Assembly: GCA_943354905.1 (NCBI GenBank)
Contig: CALRDL010000001.1
Location: 29,520-93,519 of the forward strand
Source of the DNA: Candidatus Nomurabacteria bacterium
GTDB taxonomy: Bacteria > Patescibacteriota > Minisyncoccia > Phycocordibacterales > UBA9973
Length of the DNA stretch: 64,000 bases
Direction: 5' to 3'
Part shown: positions 1 to 9,367 of the stretch, in pieces
How the letters are laid out: each line of letters begins with the position of its first letter
Position numbering within the stretch: the first letter of the stretch is position 1
Notes under the pieces: model-generated
The model's database searches: none
Told to the model about the DNA's origin: nothing
The model's input: the letters and a program-made list of their open reading frames with translations, nothing else
Program-made: the position numbers and the translations under genes

Positions 1-1679
1 TCCGGCAAGTCGAGCCCTTCACGAAGTAAATTTACTCCGACTAAAACATCAATCTCTCCTTTTCGAAACTGAGTCAAAATTTTTATTCTATCCATGGTCT
101 TAATGTCACTATGCAAATATTCAGCTTTGATTTTCTTTTCTTTTAAATAGACAGAAAGATCTTCGGCCATTTTTTTTGTAAGTGTCGTTGCTAAAACCCG
201 AAAACCTTTTTTAATTGTTTTCTCTGCCTCAGAAATAAAATCTTGGACTTGTCCCGCGTAGCCTTGGCGTAGTGGGATCTGCCCCCCTTCGCTAAAGCTT
301 CGAGAGGGCGTTACTGGTCTTACAACCAGTAACGGATCTACTAGTCCAGTCGGACGAATAATCTGCTCCACAATTTGCTCACTCGTCGTGCGTTCCATTT
401 CGCTTGGTGTCGCAGTTGTATATACCACCTGACCAATTCTTTCTTCAAATTCATTGTATGTAAGTGGTCTATTGTCCTTTGCTGAAGGCAAGCGAAAACC
501 ATATTCGACAAGTGTTTTTTTGCGTGAAGCATCCCCAGCATACATACCACTCAGCTGAGGTAGGGTGACATGTGATTCATCAACTATAGTAAGAAAATCT
601 GGTACCAGATTTTCTTTTCCACCTTGCCTCCCCCTTAATAAGGGGGAGGTGCCGAAGGCGGAGGGGGTATGCGGAAAGTAAGACATGAGTGTTTCTGGTG
701 GCTCACCTTCTTTTTTGTCTGACAAATGTCTGGAATAATTTTCAATCCCACTGCAATAACCCACCTCTTTTATCATAGCCAAATCATAATTCGTTCTTCT
801 TTTAATTCTCTCTGCTTCTAATAGTTTTCCCTCTTTCCCAAACTTTTTTAACTGGACAGCTAATTCTTTTTTAATTTCTACTAAAGCTTTTTTCTTTTTT
901 ACATCTTCAGTTATGAAATGTTTAGCTGGAAAAATAAAAATACCTGCCCGTCCTTTGGCGGGTTTTATTTCTTCAATTATATGCGAAGAAATTGGATCAA
1001 CTTTTATTATTTTTGAAATTTCTCCCCCTTCCATTTCTATCTGATACATCACTTTCTCTGATACCGGCATGAATTCGACTCGCGTGCCAATGGAACGGAA
1101 AGTTCCGGGGTTTAGATCAGCATTTGTTCTTTCAAAATGTATAGCAATCAATTTTTTCATCAAAGTCATCCTATCCATCTTCATACCTATTTCGAGTTTT
1201 AAATTTACTTTTTCATATTCTAGAGGAGAACCTAAACCGTAAATACAAGAAACAGAAGCCACAATAATAACATCCGGCCTAGAGAGCAAAGCTTGAGTAC
1301 TCGCATGCCTAAGCATATCTATCTCTTTGTTTATAGACGCATCTTTTTCAATATAAGTATCCGACGCCGGCATATAGGCCTCTGGTTGATAATAGTCATA
1401 ATAAGAAACAAAATAATGCACTGCGGAATCAGGAAAAAATAATTTAAATTCTTGAGCCAATTGAGCAGCCAGAGTTTTATTGTGAGCTATCACCAGGGTC
1501 GGCTTATTATATTGAGCTATCACGTTAGCCATAGTAAAAGTCTTCCCCGTGCCTGTAGCCCCGAGTAAAGTTTGCTTCTTCATCCCACTCTCGAGCCCTT
1601 GCACGAGCTTAGAAATAGCCTCTGGTTGATCTCCAGCAGGTTCAAATGGGCTATGTAATTTAAATATAGGTTTAGGCAT
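1..1679 (-). CDS. uvrB: Excinuclease ABC subunit B, 5' part (runs off left edge); carries 3 in-frame palindromic insertions
   Basis: Manual translation from ATG at 1679: MPKPIFKLHSPFEPAGDQPEAI..LLGATGTGKTFTMANV..DESH..RPTGL..VGVNLLREGLDLP. Confidence 0.95.
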   Translation of the reverse strand, partial: MPKPIFKLHSPFEPAGDQPEAISKLVQGLESGMKKQTLLGATGTGKTFTMANVIAQYNKPTLVIAHNKTLAAQLAQEFKLFFPDSAVHYFVSYYDYYQPEAYMPASDTYIEKDASINKEIDMLRHASTQALLSRPDVIIVASVSCIYGLGSPLEYEKVNLKLEIGMKMDRMTLMKKLIAIHFERTNADLNPGTFRSIGTRVEFMPVSEKVMYQIEMEGGEISKIIKVDPISSHIIEEIKPAKGRAGIFIFPAKHFITEDVKKKKALVEIKKELAVQLKKFGKEGKLLEAERIKRRTNYDLAMIKEVGYCSGIENYSRHLSDKKEGEPPETLMSYFPHTPSAFGTSPLLRGRQGGKENLVPDFLTIVDESHVTLPQLSGMYAGDASRKKTLVEYGFRLPSAKDNRPLTYNEFEERIGQVVYTTATPSEMERTTSEQIVEQIIRPTGLVDPLLVVRPVTPSRSFSEGGQIPLRQGYAGQVQDFISEAEKTIKKGFRVLATTLTKKMAEDLSVYLKEKKIKAEYLHSDIKTMDRIKILTQFRKGEIDVLVGVNLLREGLDLP

Positions 1680-1843
1680 AAGTTGCAACCCGCACAAAAT
1701 TGTACTTGTGGTCAGGAATAATTTTTTAGTCGTCACTAAAAAATTTTCACGACCCTGCCTCAGTTGTTTTGTTTACTAACAAAACATACTTCCGGCTCAC
1801 ACAAGCTGGAAAAAATCTAAAGCAGTTTAAATTTTTTCGCTTG

Positions 1844-1916
1844 TGCGCCCAGTTGGAATCGAACCAACGACCTTATCCTTAAAAGGGATCTGCTCTACCA
1901 GCTGAGCTATAGGCGC
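1844..1916 (-). tRNA. tRNA-Lys(UUU)
   Basis: Acceptor GCGCCTA/TGGGCGC, anticodon loop CTTTTAA, T-loop TTCGATT; no encoded CCA. Confidence 0.93.
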
Positions 1917-2036
1917 ATATATATTTAGTTTTTAAACAAAACTTATCTTAATAATAATCCATCGACCTACCAAAACAGCTATAGGCGCATAAGTAGCATA
2001 GTAACACATTTTTTTAAAAATTCCAGTAAATAGCTC

Positions 2037-3519
2037 GTAACCCCTCACACCCCTAAATACTCCAAAAAGAAATTATCCTGAAATCGTTGTTTCATAGACA
2101 TTAAAACTGAAAGCAGTACCGCCAGATTATCAGCCGTTCTTTTAGTCAAAGAGCCGAAAGATATTTTGCGTTTTAAGACAAGATGTCGGAGCGATCTCTC
2201 CGCTTGATTGTTAGTCAAGGGAATTCTAAGGTCAGAAAGACAAGTCAGATATTTAGAAATGTTTTTTGCGAGGGTTGTCTTAATCCGAATCAATTTCTTT
2301 GGATCAAGTCGTTTGATTTCTGAGAGTTCATTTAGTTTCAAAGAAAATTCATCATATCGTTCAATTCTTCTATCGTTTTTCAATTCATCATAAATCAAAC
2401 ATAATCTTTGGTACTCAGCCTTGCAATGCAGTCTGGTTTTTTCATCAAGCTCGCTTGATTTGGCAAGATCTCTAAACTTTCTAATCAGATGAGCGAAGCA
2501 TAATTGATGTCTACTTAACTTTCTGTAGACTCCGTAATCATCTGACACTACAAAACCGTTAAAGTCTTCTCCAACTAAGCTTTCCATATTACCTTTACCT
2601 CTTGATTCTCCCACCAGAAAAACACTTTCTTTGGATTCTCCACCACTCATCACCCAAGAGTAACTTGTATCTCCGCCAATGAATATTTTCCAGCTTGTTT
2701 CGTCCAAATGAATGACGGGTTCTCCACGTATTTTCACTTTCAATTGTTCGTAAAAAGGTCGCAGTTTGATTGCTTCTCTTTCTAATATTTTAGCGATTTC
2801 TCCTTGGGATATGTGAATTTGGTATGTGTCTTTTAGAATTTCCTGTATTTGAGAAAAAGAAAGCCTGCACATTACAGACAAGTAGCAGGTGTATTTTTGA
2901 ATATTTGAACCAAGAATGACCTTACAAGGTGGCAGTGGAATACTCGTCTGCCATTTTTTGCAATTGGAACAGTATGATTTTTCAACTACGTGTTTTGTAA
3001 CAATTTTCTTGGCAGGAATCGGAATATCTTCTTCGTAGAAAATTATCGTTTTCTTTTTGACTGTTTTCTCTCCGCAGGAACATTAATCGAGCGGATGGTG
3101 TTTGATTTCGGTTAATTCGTTTTCTTTGGGTATCAGTCTTTTATATGAATCGTTTGTTCTTGGTATTTTTTCTTTTGGAGGTGTTAAATCCTCATCATCA
3201 ATTTCTTCTTTTTTCTTTTTCTTTCCAAAAACCATTACTCGGAGCTCTTCAATTTGAAGTTTAAAGTCCTCGATGGTTTTAGACAAAGATTCATTGGTTA
3301 AGCGAAGCAGTTGGTTTTCTTCTTTTAGTAACTTGATTTCTTCTTCTAAAAATCCGACTCTTCTTTTTTGTTGCGTATGCAACCTTTCTAGATTTTGCAA
3401 ACGAATTAATCGTTTTTTAATCTCTATTTTAGACAATCCAGCCTTGGACATATCTATATATTACCATTGTTTTGTAGTGGTTTCTTTAGAGTTATCCACA
3501 TTGGGGTGTGAGGGGTTAC
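2037..3519 (-). mobile_element. IS66-family element (single-ORF, ISBst12-like organisation)
   Basis: 17-bp TIR GTAACCCCTCACACCCC (2037-2053 / 3503-3519); 8-bp target duplication AATAGCTC (2029-2036 / 3520-3527). Confidence 0.93.
2045..3451 (-). pseudogene. IS66 TnpC-like transposase interrupted by one in-frame TAA (3083-3085)
   Basis: Both ORFs share one frame: coiled coil ..HPLD*CSCGEK..YCSNCKK (Zn finger)..HLDETSW..SDDYGVY..HQLCFAHLIRKF..TNNQAERSLR. Confidence 0.9.
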
Positions 3520-3526
3520 AATAGCT

Positions 3527-4054
3527 CTATACAGCAACAGGAGGTCTCTCTTTTTTTGACTTCGGATTTGTATGCCAATCCGGCTCCTCTACAGGTCTCG
3601 GGGCTTTTACTTTATTAATTTCAAAAATTTCTTCTGCAATTTTTATATTTCTTTTTAAAACTTCAATGAATAATTTATCTACATTATTTACTTTTCTTAT
3701 CACAAACAAGACCTCGATTTCTTGTTTATGATATGCTTGAATTGGTTTATTTCTCTCAATAGGTTTTGATTCGAGTCCGATTAAAAGACTTGAAATATCC
3801 TCGTCTGTTAGATTTATATCTAGTATATTATTAATATAATTTGTGATTTTATCTTTAATTTCTTCAGTGATTTCTATTTGCACATATCCTGCATCTTTTT
3901 TCTCATCGTATTTTATAGTCGCGAGACTACCTACTGCCGCAACAACACCCTCAACAAGCAAGGCTTCCTTTAAAAAATCTCTCCTACTTGGTTGTTTTGG
4001 TGGACTAATTTTTTTATTACCCAAACCAATTACATTTAAATTATTGTCCTCCAT
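3527..4054 (-). CDS. Hypothetical protein with N-terminal SRRDFLK motif and one hydrophobic segment
   Basis: 175-aa ORF. Confidence 0.6.
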   Translation of the reverse strand: MEDNNLNVIGLGNKKISPPKQPSRRDFLKEALLVEGVVAAVGSLATIKYDEKKDAGYVQIEITEEIKDKITNYINNILDINLTDEDISSLLIGLESKPIERNKPIQAYHKQEIEVLFVIRKVNNVDKLFIEVLKRNIKIAEEIFEINKVKAPRPVEEPDWHTNPKSKKERPPVAV

Positions 4055-4069
4055 ATATAAACATATACT

Positions 4070-4762
4070 CTAAAAAACTTTTAATAAAAATCTCTCGAAA
4101 GCACTCTCAGCATCAAGTCCAACACTGCGAGCTTCGGGTAAAAGATAACTCAGTTTTTTAGAGATATCTATAAGTTCTTTTTTAGAAAACTTATGAAAAT
4201 CTCCCGCCCGAACGGCCGAACTCATTCGGTCGGGCGGGTTTTTCAAGATCATATCTTTTATTTTCCAGAACAGTATCCCTATCAGCTCTTCCATCACCAC
4301 CCCTTTATCCACTGCTTGCCTAAAATAAATCCAAAGATTTATCTTGTCTTTTTGTCCAAAAGCATCGGCCAGTAAAAAATTGTTGAATTTCTCTTTTTTT
4401 TCTTTTGATAATGCGAACATATTTATCTCCGCCCGAGCTTTTTTAAAAGCATCCAGTATTGGCTTATTTAATTTCCCTTCCAAAAAGATGAAAGAATTTT
4501 TTGATTCACCCATGAATGTCAATTTTTCTAAAATAAATTCCTCACTATCTTCACTGATTTCATTGGCTAAAACGTTTTCTAAAATTATATTTGAAAGAGG
4601 AGAAAACATACTGTAACCAGAATACAGGCTTTCTATCTCCATTTTATTAAAATTATTTCTATTTACAAAAAAAGTTTGAGCCTCACTTTCTATAGACTTT
4701 AGAAATTTCTCATAACTCGTCCGTTTAGCTTTGGCATCATCTCCAGTAAAAAGATATATCAT
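4070..4762 (-). CDS. holA: DNA polymerase III delta subunit-like (short HolA-type)
   Basis: N-terminus MIYLFTGDD, C-terminal FLLADAF..LIGILFWK..ERFLL; resembles truncated HolA. Confidence 0.6.
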   Translation of the reverse strand: MIYLFTGDDAKAKRTSYEKFLKSIESEAQTFFVNRNNFNKMEIESLYSGYSMFSPLSNIILENVLANEISEDSEEFILEKLTFMGESKNSFIFLEGKLNKPILDAFKKARAEINMFALSKEKKEKFNNFLLADAFGQKDKINLWIYFRQAVDKGVVMEELIGILFWKIKDMILKNPPDRMSSAVRAGDFHKFSKKELIDISKKLSYLLPEARSVGLDAESAFERFLLKVF

Positions 4763-4777
4763 AGTTTAATTTATGGT

Positions 4778-5245
4778 CTAAAATTTAACTCGATGTATAT
4801 ATTCGATATAGGCACTGCCATATTTTTCAGCTAGAATTCTCTGATGTTTGCCCATAAATACGAATTTGGAAATAAAAAAAGCGAGAACAGTAAAAATAAT
4901 TACAAAAAATGAGTTGGTAATTATTCCAAAACCAAGTAAGAGAATAAAGAGTCCCAATTGGGTAGGTATCTGAGTATAGTAATACGGTCCACGACAAAAA
5001 TGTTCAGCTTTTAATTCTTGCCTGATTTCTCTAAAATCTCTTCCAGTTTTCTGGGCCCAGATGATCAAAATAGTCGCTAGCATCAAGAAAACAAACCCGA
5101 CTGGAACCATCACAAAATAATTAAAAATCTTAAAATCAAAAATAATATCGAGTATTATCCCAACCAGAAGCAAAATGAAATAAACCAAATAAGAATGGGC
5201 CAGCGTATGGTGTACAGTGTGCTTTTTTAGCTCTTGATCTTCCAT
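4778..5245 (-). CDS. Isoprenylcysteine carboxyl methyltransferase/PEMT-like membrane protein
   Basis: Multiple TM segments, GPYYYTQIP motif, LAEKYGSAYIEY tail. Confidence 0.7.
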   Translation of the reverse strand: MEDQELKKHTVHHTLAHSYLVYFILLLVGIILDIIFDFKIFNYFVMVPVGFVFLMLATILIIWAQKTGRDFREIRQELKAEHFCRGPYYYTQIPTQLGLFILLLGFGIITNSFFVIIFTVLAFFISKFVFMGKHQRILAEKYGSAYIEYIHRVKF

Positions 5246-5305
5246 TGCTAGAGTATAACATAATATTTATAATTTCTTTCCTAAAGAGACGAGAATATGA
5301 CTTTT

Positions 5306-7858
5306 TTACGAAGTATTGGAATTCGATGAATTTAATTTCAAGACAATAACTTCATTAATAAGTTCTAAATCATCCATCATAGTTTGAGTAGCTCCCACTC
5401 TAGCACAAAGCATATAATCTTGCATAGATTTTACTACCCAAACTTGTGATTGAAGTCCTTTTTTGTTCAACTCATATACAATTTTACGAAATGATTCCTC
5501 GCCCCATTTATTCATTGCAAATTGCATCAAAGAAACAACTTTGGCATTGATCTGTGGTGCATAGTGGTTAATATATTCTAAAAATATATCTGGCATTAAA
5601 TCTGTATCCATCAATCCATAAGCCATTAAATAATTTACAGTTTCGACAGTGTTGAGCTCAAAAGGTAATGTGGGTTCTAGTTTATGAATACGTTCAACAA
5701 CATCACCTGATCCGGAGGTCATTAAAATATTATTAATAGGTGTCTGGCTATTGCGTATTATATCAACAAGTTCCTTTTCCCCCACCCCAATAGAATATTT
5801 TACATCAATCTTAATTGTAGTTTGATAATTATCTTTCTTGTGATATTTCCCTATTAAATCTAAAGCTTCTTCTAAAGACAAAAGGCTCTCGCCTGTGAGA
5901 TCTCCATCGACTGTACGAATGTATACATTTTTTAAATCTTCCCAAGTTTTCTCAATCGTTAGCCCGGTTGCATTTGTTGTGAGGTCTAATTTTATATCAT
6001 GAGAAACCACCCACTTACCATCCTTGGTGGGAACAACATCTATTTCAATAGTGTTTATATTTCTTTCGAGAGCTGCGAGAAAACTTGCTCGAGAATTTTC
6101 AGGGAAGCCACCAACAGTTTCGTGTATAGATATTCCACCGTGAGCGACGATGTCTGGTAGTTTTCCTTCACGTGATTCATTCTCTACTTCATTTTTATCA
6201 ACAAAAGGATCCTCTTGGTTTTTAAAAGGTTTATTAGTAAAACTCACCCATACTTTTCGCATTTGTTTAATAATTTCTTCCTTACAAATTTGCTTATTTT
6301 GTTCGTCAGCGTGATAATATTCTTCCATTAATATCTTGACGGAAATTGCAATATTGTGTTGAAATTTATCATATGCATACAAACGTTTTGCAAAGGGTTT
6401 ATCTTGGACATCTGGTTTTATAATAAAATTACATTGATTTGGTAAAGGTCGCCAATAAATATCTTCAAATTTTATTTGATCAAAATATGAACCAGTGTGT
6501 AAATCAAAACATCTAAGAGATCCGTTGGATAGCTTGACCATATTTATAGTCTGAAGTGGTAAATCAGGTTTATTATATTGCACTGGCATAATTTTAACTT
6601 CAAGCCCCAATAATTTTCCAAAAATAAAAGGAATAATGTAGTTGAGGTAACTTCTATCACCATCAAAATTAGCTCTAATATGAGTTAGAACTTCCATAAA
6701 TTCGCCTAGAATCTGGCATTCGATTTTTGTCATTTCCTCAACAGATAATTCAAAACGACTCTCAAGCATTTTTTTCCATCCCAACAGCTTAGATGACTCC
6801 TTGTCCCATTTTATAATTGCTTTCAACATATCAGAAGACTTTTTTCTCACTAATTCAGGAAAACCTAAAAATTCCTTGCTGAGTTTATTGAGTTGTATTG
6901 GTTTTGTTCTATTTCGGTCAATAATTCCTGTAGATGACATCCATTCAGGAGCTAGATCGTGTCTAATAGCTGGCAAAACTTTTGTCTCTCCACCTTTTTC
7001 AACTACCTTACTCATTTCTTCTTTCACACTAACACTGTCGACATCCTTTTCCGTTTTTACATACACAATAGCTGGTAATTGTTCTAATATAGATAGAATA
7101 TTATCGGTATTAAATGCAGAAACATGGTCAACTATATTCAGACTAGCTAACACTTGCAACCTTTCAACTAATGGGTGTATTGGACGATCTCCATTCTTGT
7201 TTTTATTTTGTAAAGATACTGAATAATCACTATTTACTAAAATTATAATAATGTCGCCTACTTTTTTAGCTTGCTCAATAAAATTTATATGTCCTTCGTG
7301 AACCACATCAAAAACACCCCCTATTACAACAACTTTTTTTCCACTAGTTTGATATTGTTGAACAAGATCTGGTAAATCTATTTCTGGTATAAATTTATCA
7401 TTAGAAATACTGTCTTGTTCATATCTATTTAAATATGGAGATTTTTTCTCTCTTCTTATTCTTTCCACAGTCACTTTATCTATTCCTTCATTTACAAAAT
7501 AGGTATTGCTATAAAGAGAAAAGGGGTTGTTTTTTAGCGTAAAATCTTCTTCTCCACTACTGTTAGTTCTAATAATACCAGAAATACATTCTATGTGAGA
7601 AATAAAATGATCCACTCTTTGGCTTTCTCTAAAATCATTCAGAGAGTTAGGATCGTGAACATTAATATAGACAGGTAGATTTTTATCAGCTAGTTTGTGT
7701 AAAAAAGTTATGAGACGCATATCTAGTTGATCCATCTTTTCTATTTCTAGATATGTTATTTCTCCTCTTTCTATTTTCAACAACGCTTCAGCTGGAGACA
7801 AATATCTTTCAGGGTTATGCCTCATAAATTCATAAATATTGTTTTGTGGATTTTCCAT
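5306..7858 (-). CDS. Fusion: cytidylyltransferase (TagD/RfaE-like) plus C-terminal glycerophosphodiester phosphodiesterase
   Basis: GGVFDVVHEGH, VNSD, RPI, SSTGII; IVAHGG..PENS..IEIDV..VVSHD..IDVK. Confidence 0.8.
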   Translation of the reverse strand: MENPQNNIYEFMRHNPERYLSPAEALLKIERGEITYLEIEKMDQLDMRLITFLHKLADKNLPVYINVHDPNSLNDFRESQRVDHFISHIECISGIIRTNSSGEEDFTLKNNPFSLYSNTYFVNEGIDKVTVERIRREKKSPYLNRYEQDSISNDKFIPEIDLPDLVQQYQTSGKKVVVIGGVFDVVHEGHINFIEQAKKVGDIIIILVNSDYSVSLQNKNKNGDRPIHPLVERLQVLASLNIVDHVSAFNTDNILSILEQLPAIVYVKTEKDVDSVSVKEEMSKVVEKGGETKVLPAIRHDLAPEWMSSTGIIDRNRTKPIQLNKLSKEFLGFPELVRKKSSDMLKAIIKWDKESSKLLGWKKMLESRFELSVEEMTKIECQILGEFMEVLTHIRANFDGDRSYLNYIIPFIFGKLLGLEVKIMPVQYNKPDLPLQTINMVKLSNGSLRCFDLHTGSYFDQIKFEDIYWRPLPNQCNFIIKPDVQDKPFAKRLYAYDKFQHNIAISVKILMEEYYHADEQNKQICKEEIIKQMRKVWVSFTNKPFKNQEDPFVDKNEVENESREGKLPDIVAHGGISIHETVGGFPENSRASFLAALERNINTIEIDVVPTKDGKWVVSHDIKLDLTTNATGLTIEKTWEDLKNVYIRTVDGDLTGESLLSLEEALDLIGKYHKKDNYQTTIKIDVKYSIGVGEKELVDIIRNSQTPINNILMTSGSGDVVERIHKLEPTLPFELNTVETVNYLMAYGLMDTDLMPDIFLEYINHYAPQINAKVVSLMQFAMNKWGEESFRKIVYELNKKGLQSQVWVVKSMQDYMLCARVGATQTMMDDLELINEVIVLKLNSSNSNTS

Positions 7859-7979
7859 AGATCTTTATATTATTTATTGTATCCAATACAACCCCAACTA
7901 GAAGCAAAATAAAATAAACCGAGTAAGAATGGGCTAGCAGGTGGTGTACAGTATGCTTTTTTGTACTTTCGTCCTTCAT
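7830..7979 (-). pseudogene. Truncated duplicate of the 5' end of the 4778-5245 gene
   Basis: KKHTVHHLLAHSYSVYFILLLVGVVLD vs KKHTVHHTLAHSYLVYFILLLVGIILD. Confidence 0.85.
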
Positions 7980-8021
7980 GGCTTGATTATAACATAATAA
8001 ATTATTTGATTTCATACACGG

Positions 8022-8046
8022 GTGAGGGCTTTAGACTCTCACTGAG
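8022..8046. repeat. REP-like palindrome, left flank of RAYT
   Basis: GTGAGGGCTTTAGACTCTCAC; related copies at 8519, 8732, 9336. Confidence 0.8.
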
Positions 8047-8713
8047 GCAATTCATCTGGCTCTTGCAATGAAGTACAGCCTCGTTCTTCTCGAATAATAG
8101 ATATTATTTCTTTGCAATGTTCTTTTAAATTATTTTTTCCTTGAAAAACTTCCAACATGCTCTGCCCTTCTTTTTTAGAAACAAAGTTAAAAAGTCCACT
8201 ATCATATTCCTTATCACTAGAAAATATAAAATGAAGCTTACTTTTCGGCATATCATGTACTAAATAATTTTGATTGACATACCCAAATGTTTTTCTAAAA
8301 TAATTATCGTTTTTAATTAATTTAGATTTAAATGTTCCTTGAAATAAAGAACCTGAACGCTTATTTTTTTCATTAAAGTAAGAAGTATACCCGCCTTGGA
8401 ATTTTTGCATAAATTTTGATATCCCACCATCTACTAATTGTTTTAAAAGAAAATGAAAATGATTTGGATTAATACAAAAAGCAACAATAGCAACAAGTGG
8501 TTCTTTCTTGATTCGCGGGTGAGGTTCTAAAGCCCTCTCTGAGATAGACTTGTAGTACATTTCTAAACTTCCTATCGCCTCAACTTGATTAAACTGTTTT
8601 ATACTTTCCTTAAAGCGTTCCAGATCTTTCAGATCACCGAAAATATCACGCTTATCTACACCTCTATTATATATATGATAATACTCCCCTGTTACGAGTG
8701 GCTCTTTTCTCAT
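8039..8713 (-). CDS. REP-associated tyrosine transposase (RAYT, Y1 HUH)
   Basis: YYHIYNRGVDKRDIF, NPNHFHFLL (HUH), RSGSLFQGTFKSK, Y in GYVNQN. Confidence 0.88.
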   Translation of the reverse strand: MRKEPLVTGEYYHIYNRGVDKRDIFGDLKDLERFKESIKQFNQVEAIGSLEMYYKSISERALEPHPRIKKEPLVAIVAFCINPNHFHFLLKQLVDGGISKFMQKFQGGYTSYFNEKNKRSGSLFQGTFKSKLIKNDNYFRKTFGYVNQNYLVHDMPKSKLHFIFSSDKEYDSGLFNFVSKKEGQSMLEVFQGKNNLKEHCKEIISIIREERGCTSLQEPDELPQ

Positions 8714-8731
8714 ATATTTAGTATATCACAA

Positions 8732-8755
8732 TGAGAGTCTAAAGCTCTCACTGAG
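8732..8755. repeat. REP-like palindrome, right flank of RAYT
   Basis: TGAGAGTCTAAAGCTCTCACTGAG, inverted relative to the 8022 copy. Confidence 0.8.
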
Positions 8756-8760
8756 ATACA

Positions 8761-9297
8761 TTAGATCTTTGTTATCTCATAAAAATACCTCCAAGGCTTA
8801 TTTGGTAGAGGATGTTTTGACACTTTTAATGATTCATTTTTTTGCAATGTTTGTAAAAACGGTTCGTATTCTTCATTTATGTTACCTACGCTTTCAATAA
8901 TTAATATTTTCCCATCTATTTTAATAACTCTCAATGCTTCATTCATAAAATCCTGAGTTCTTCCCTCTACCCTATCGGCATTCAAAATATTTGTAAAAGC
9001 TAATTCATCAACTGATCCATCAGGAAAGGGAAGACTTCCTGCATCTGCCCTTATAACTATAGCCTGATAATCCCCCTTCGAACTTTCAATTCCTTTCTTA
9101 ACAGTATAAGTTTTATGCCGCTCCAACTCAACAGCATAGTATTTGTCTCCTGTTTGTGGAAGTTTTCCAGCAGGTGAATTTTCATGAATACTAGGATTCT
9201 CCCCAACACCAATTTCTACAACCACTCTTTTTGGTTGTGTCTCGAGTTTATCTACTGGACCCTGCACTGATATTTTAGTTGGGCCTGATTCGTCCAT
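8761..9297 (-). CDS. Class I SAM-dependent methyltransferase
   Basis: VEIGVGE, RADAGSLPFPDGSVD, EALRVIKIDG. Confidence 0.8.
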   Translation of the reverse strand: MDESGPTKISVQGPVDKLETQPKRVVVEIGVGENPSIHENSPAGKLPQTGDKYYAVELERHKTYTVKKGIESSKGDYQAIVIRADAGSLPFPDGSVDELAFTNILNADRVEGRTQDFMNEALRVIKIDGKILIIESVGNINEEYEPFLQTLQKNESLKVSKHPLPNKPWRYFYEITKI

Positions 9298-9335
9298 ACT
9301 TCAATGCTATCATTTTATCCTTCTTGTGTAAATCT

Positions 9336-9358
9336 AGTGAGGGTCTAAAGCGCTCACT
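9336..9358. repeat. REP-like palindrome
   Basis: AGTGAGGGTCTAAAGCGCTCACT. Confidence 0.75.
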
Positions 9359-9367
9359 GAAATATCT

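Noticed and set aside
341-550. 69-aa ORF and the many antisense or overlapping ORFs in the track
   Set aside because: Shadows of well-supported genes (here an alternate frame within uvrB).
3083-3085. Stop-codon reassignment (alternative genetic code)
   Set aside because: An isolated TAA in an IS; other genes end normally at TAA, TAG and TGA.
3960-3990. Tat export signal (SRRDFLK)
   Set aside because: No Tat machinery in the window and the h-region is atypical; export cannot be supported.
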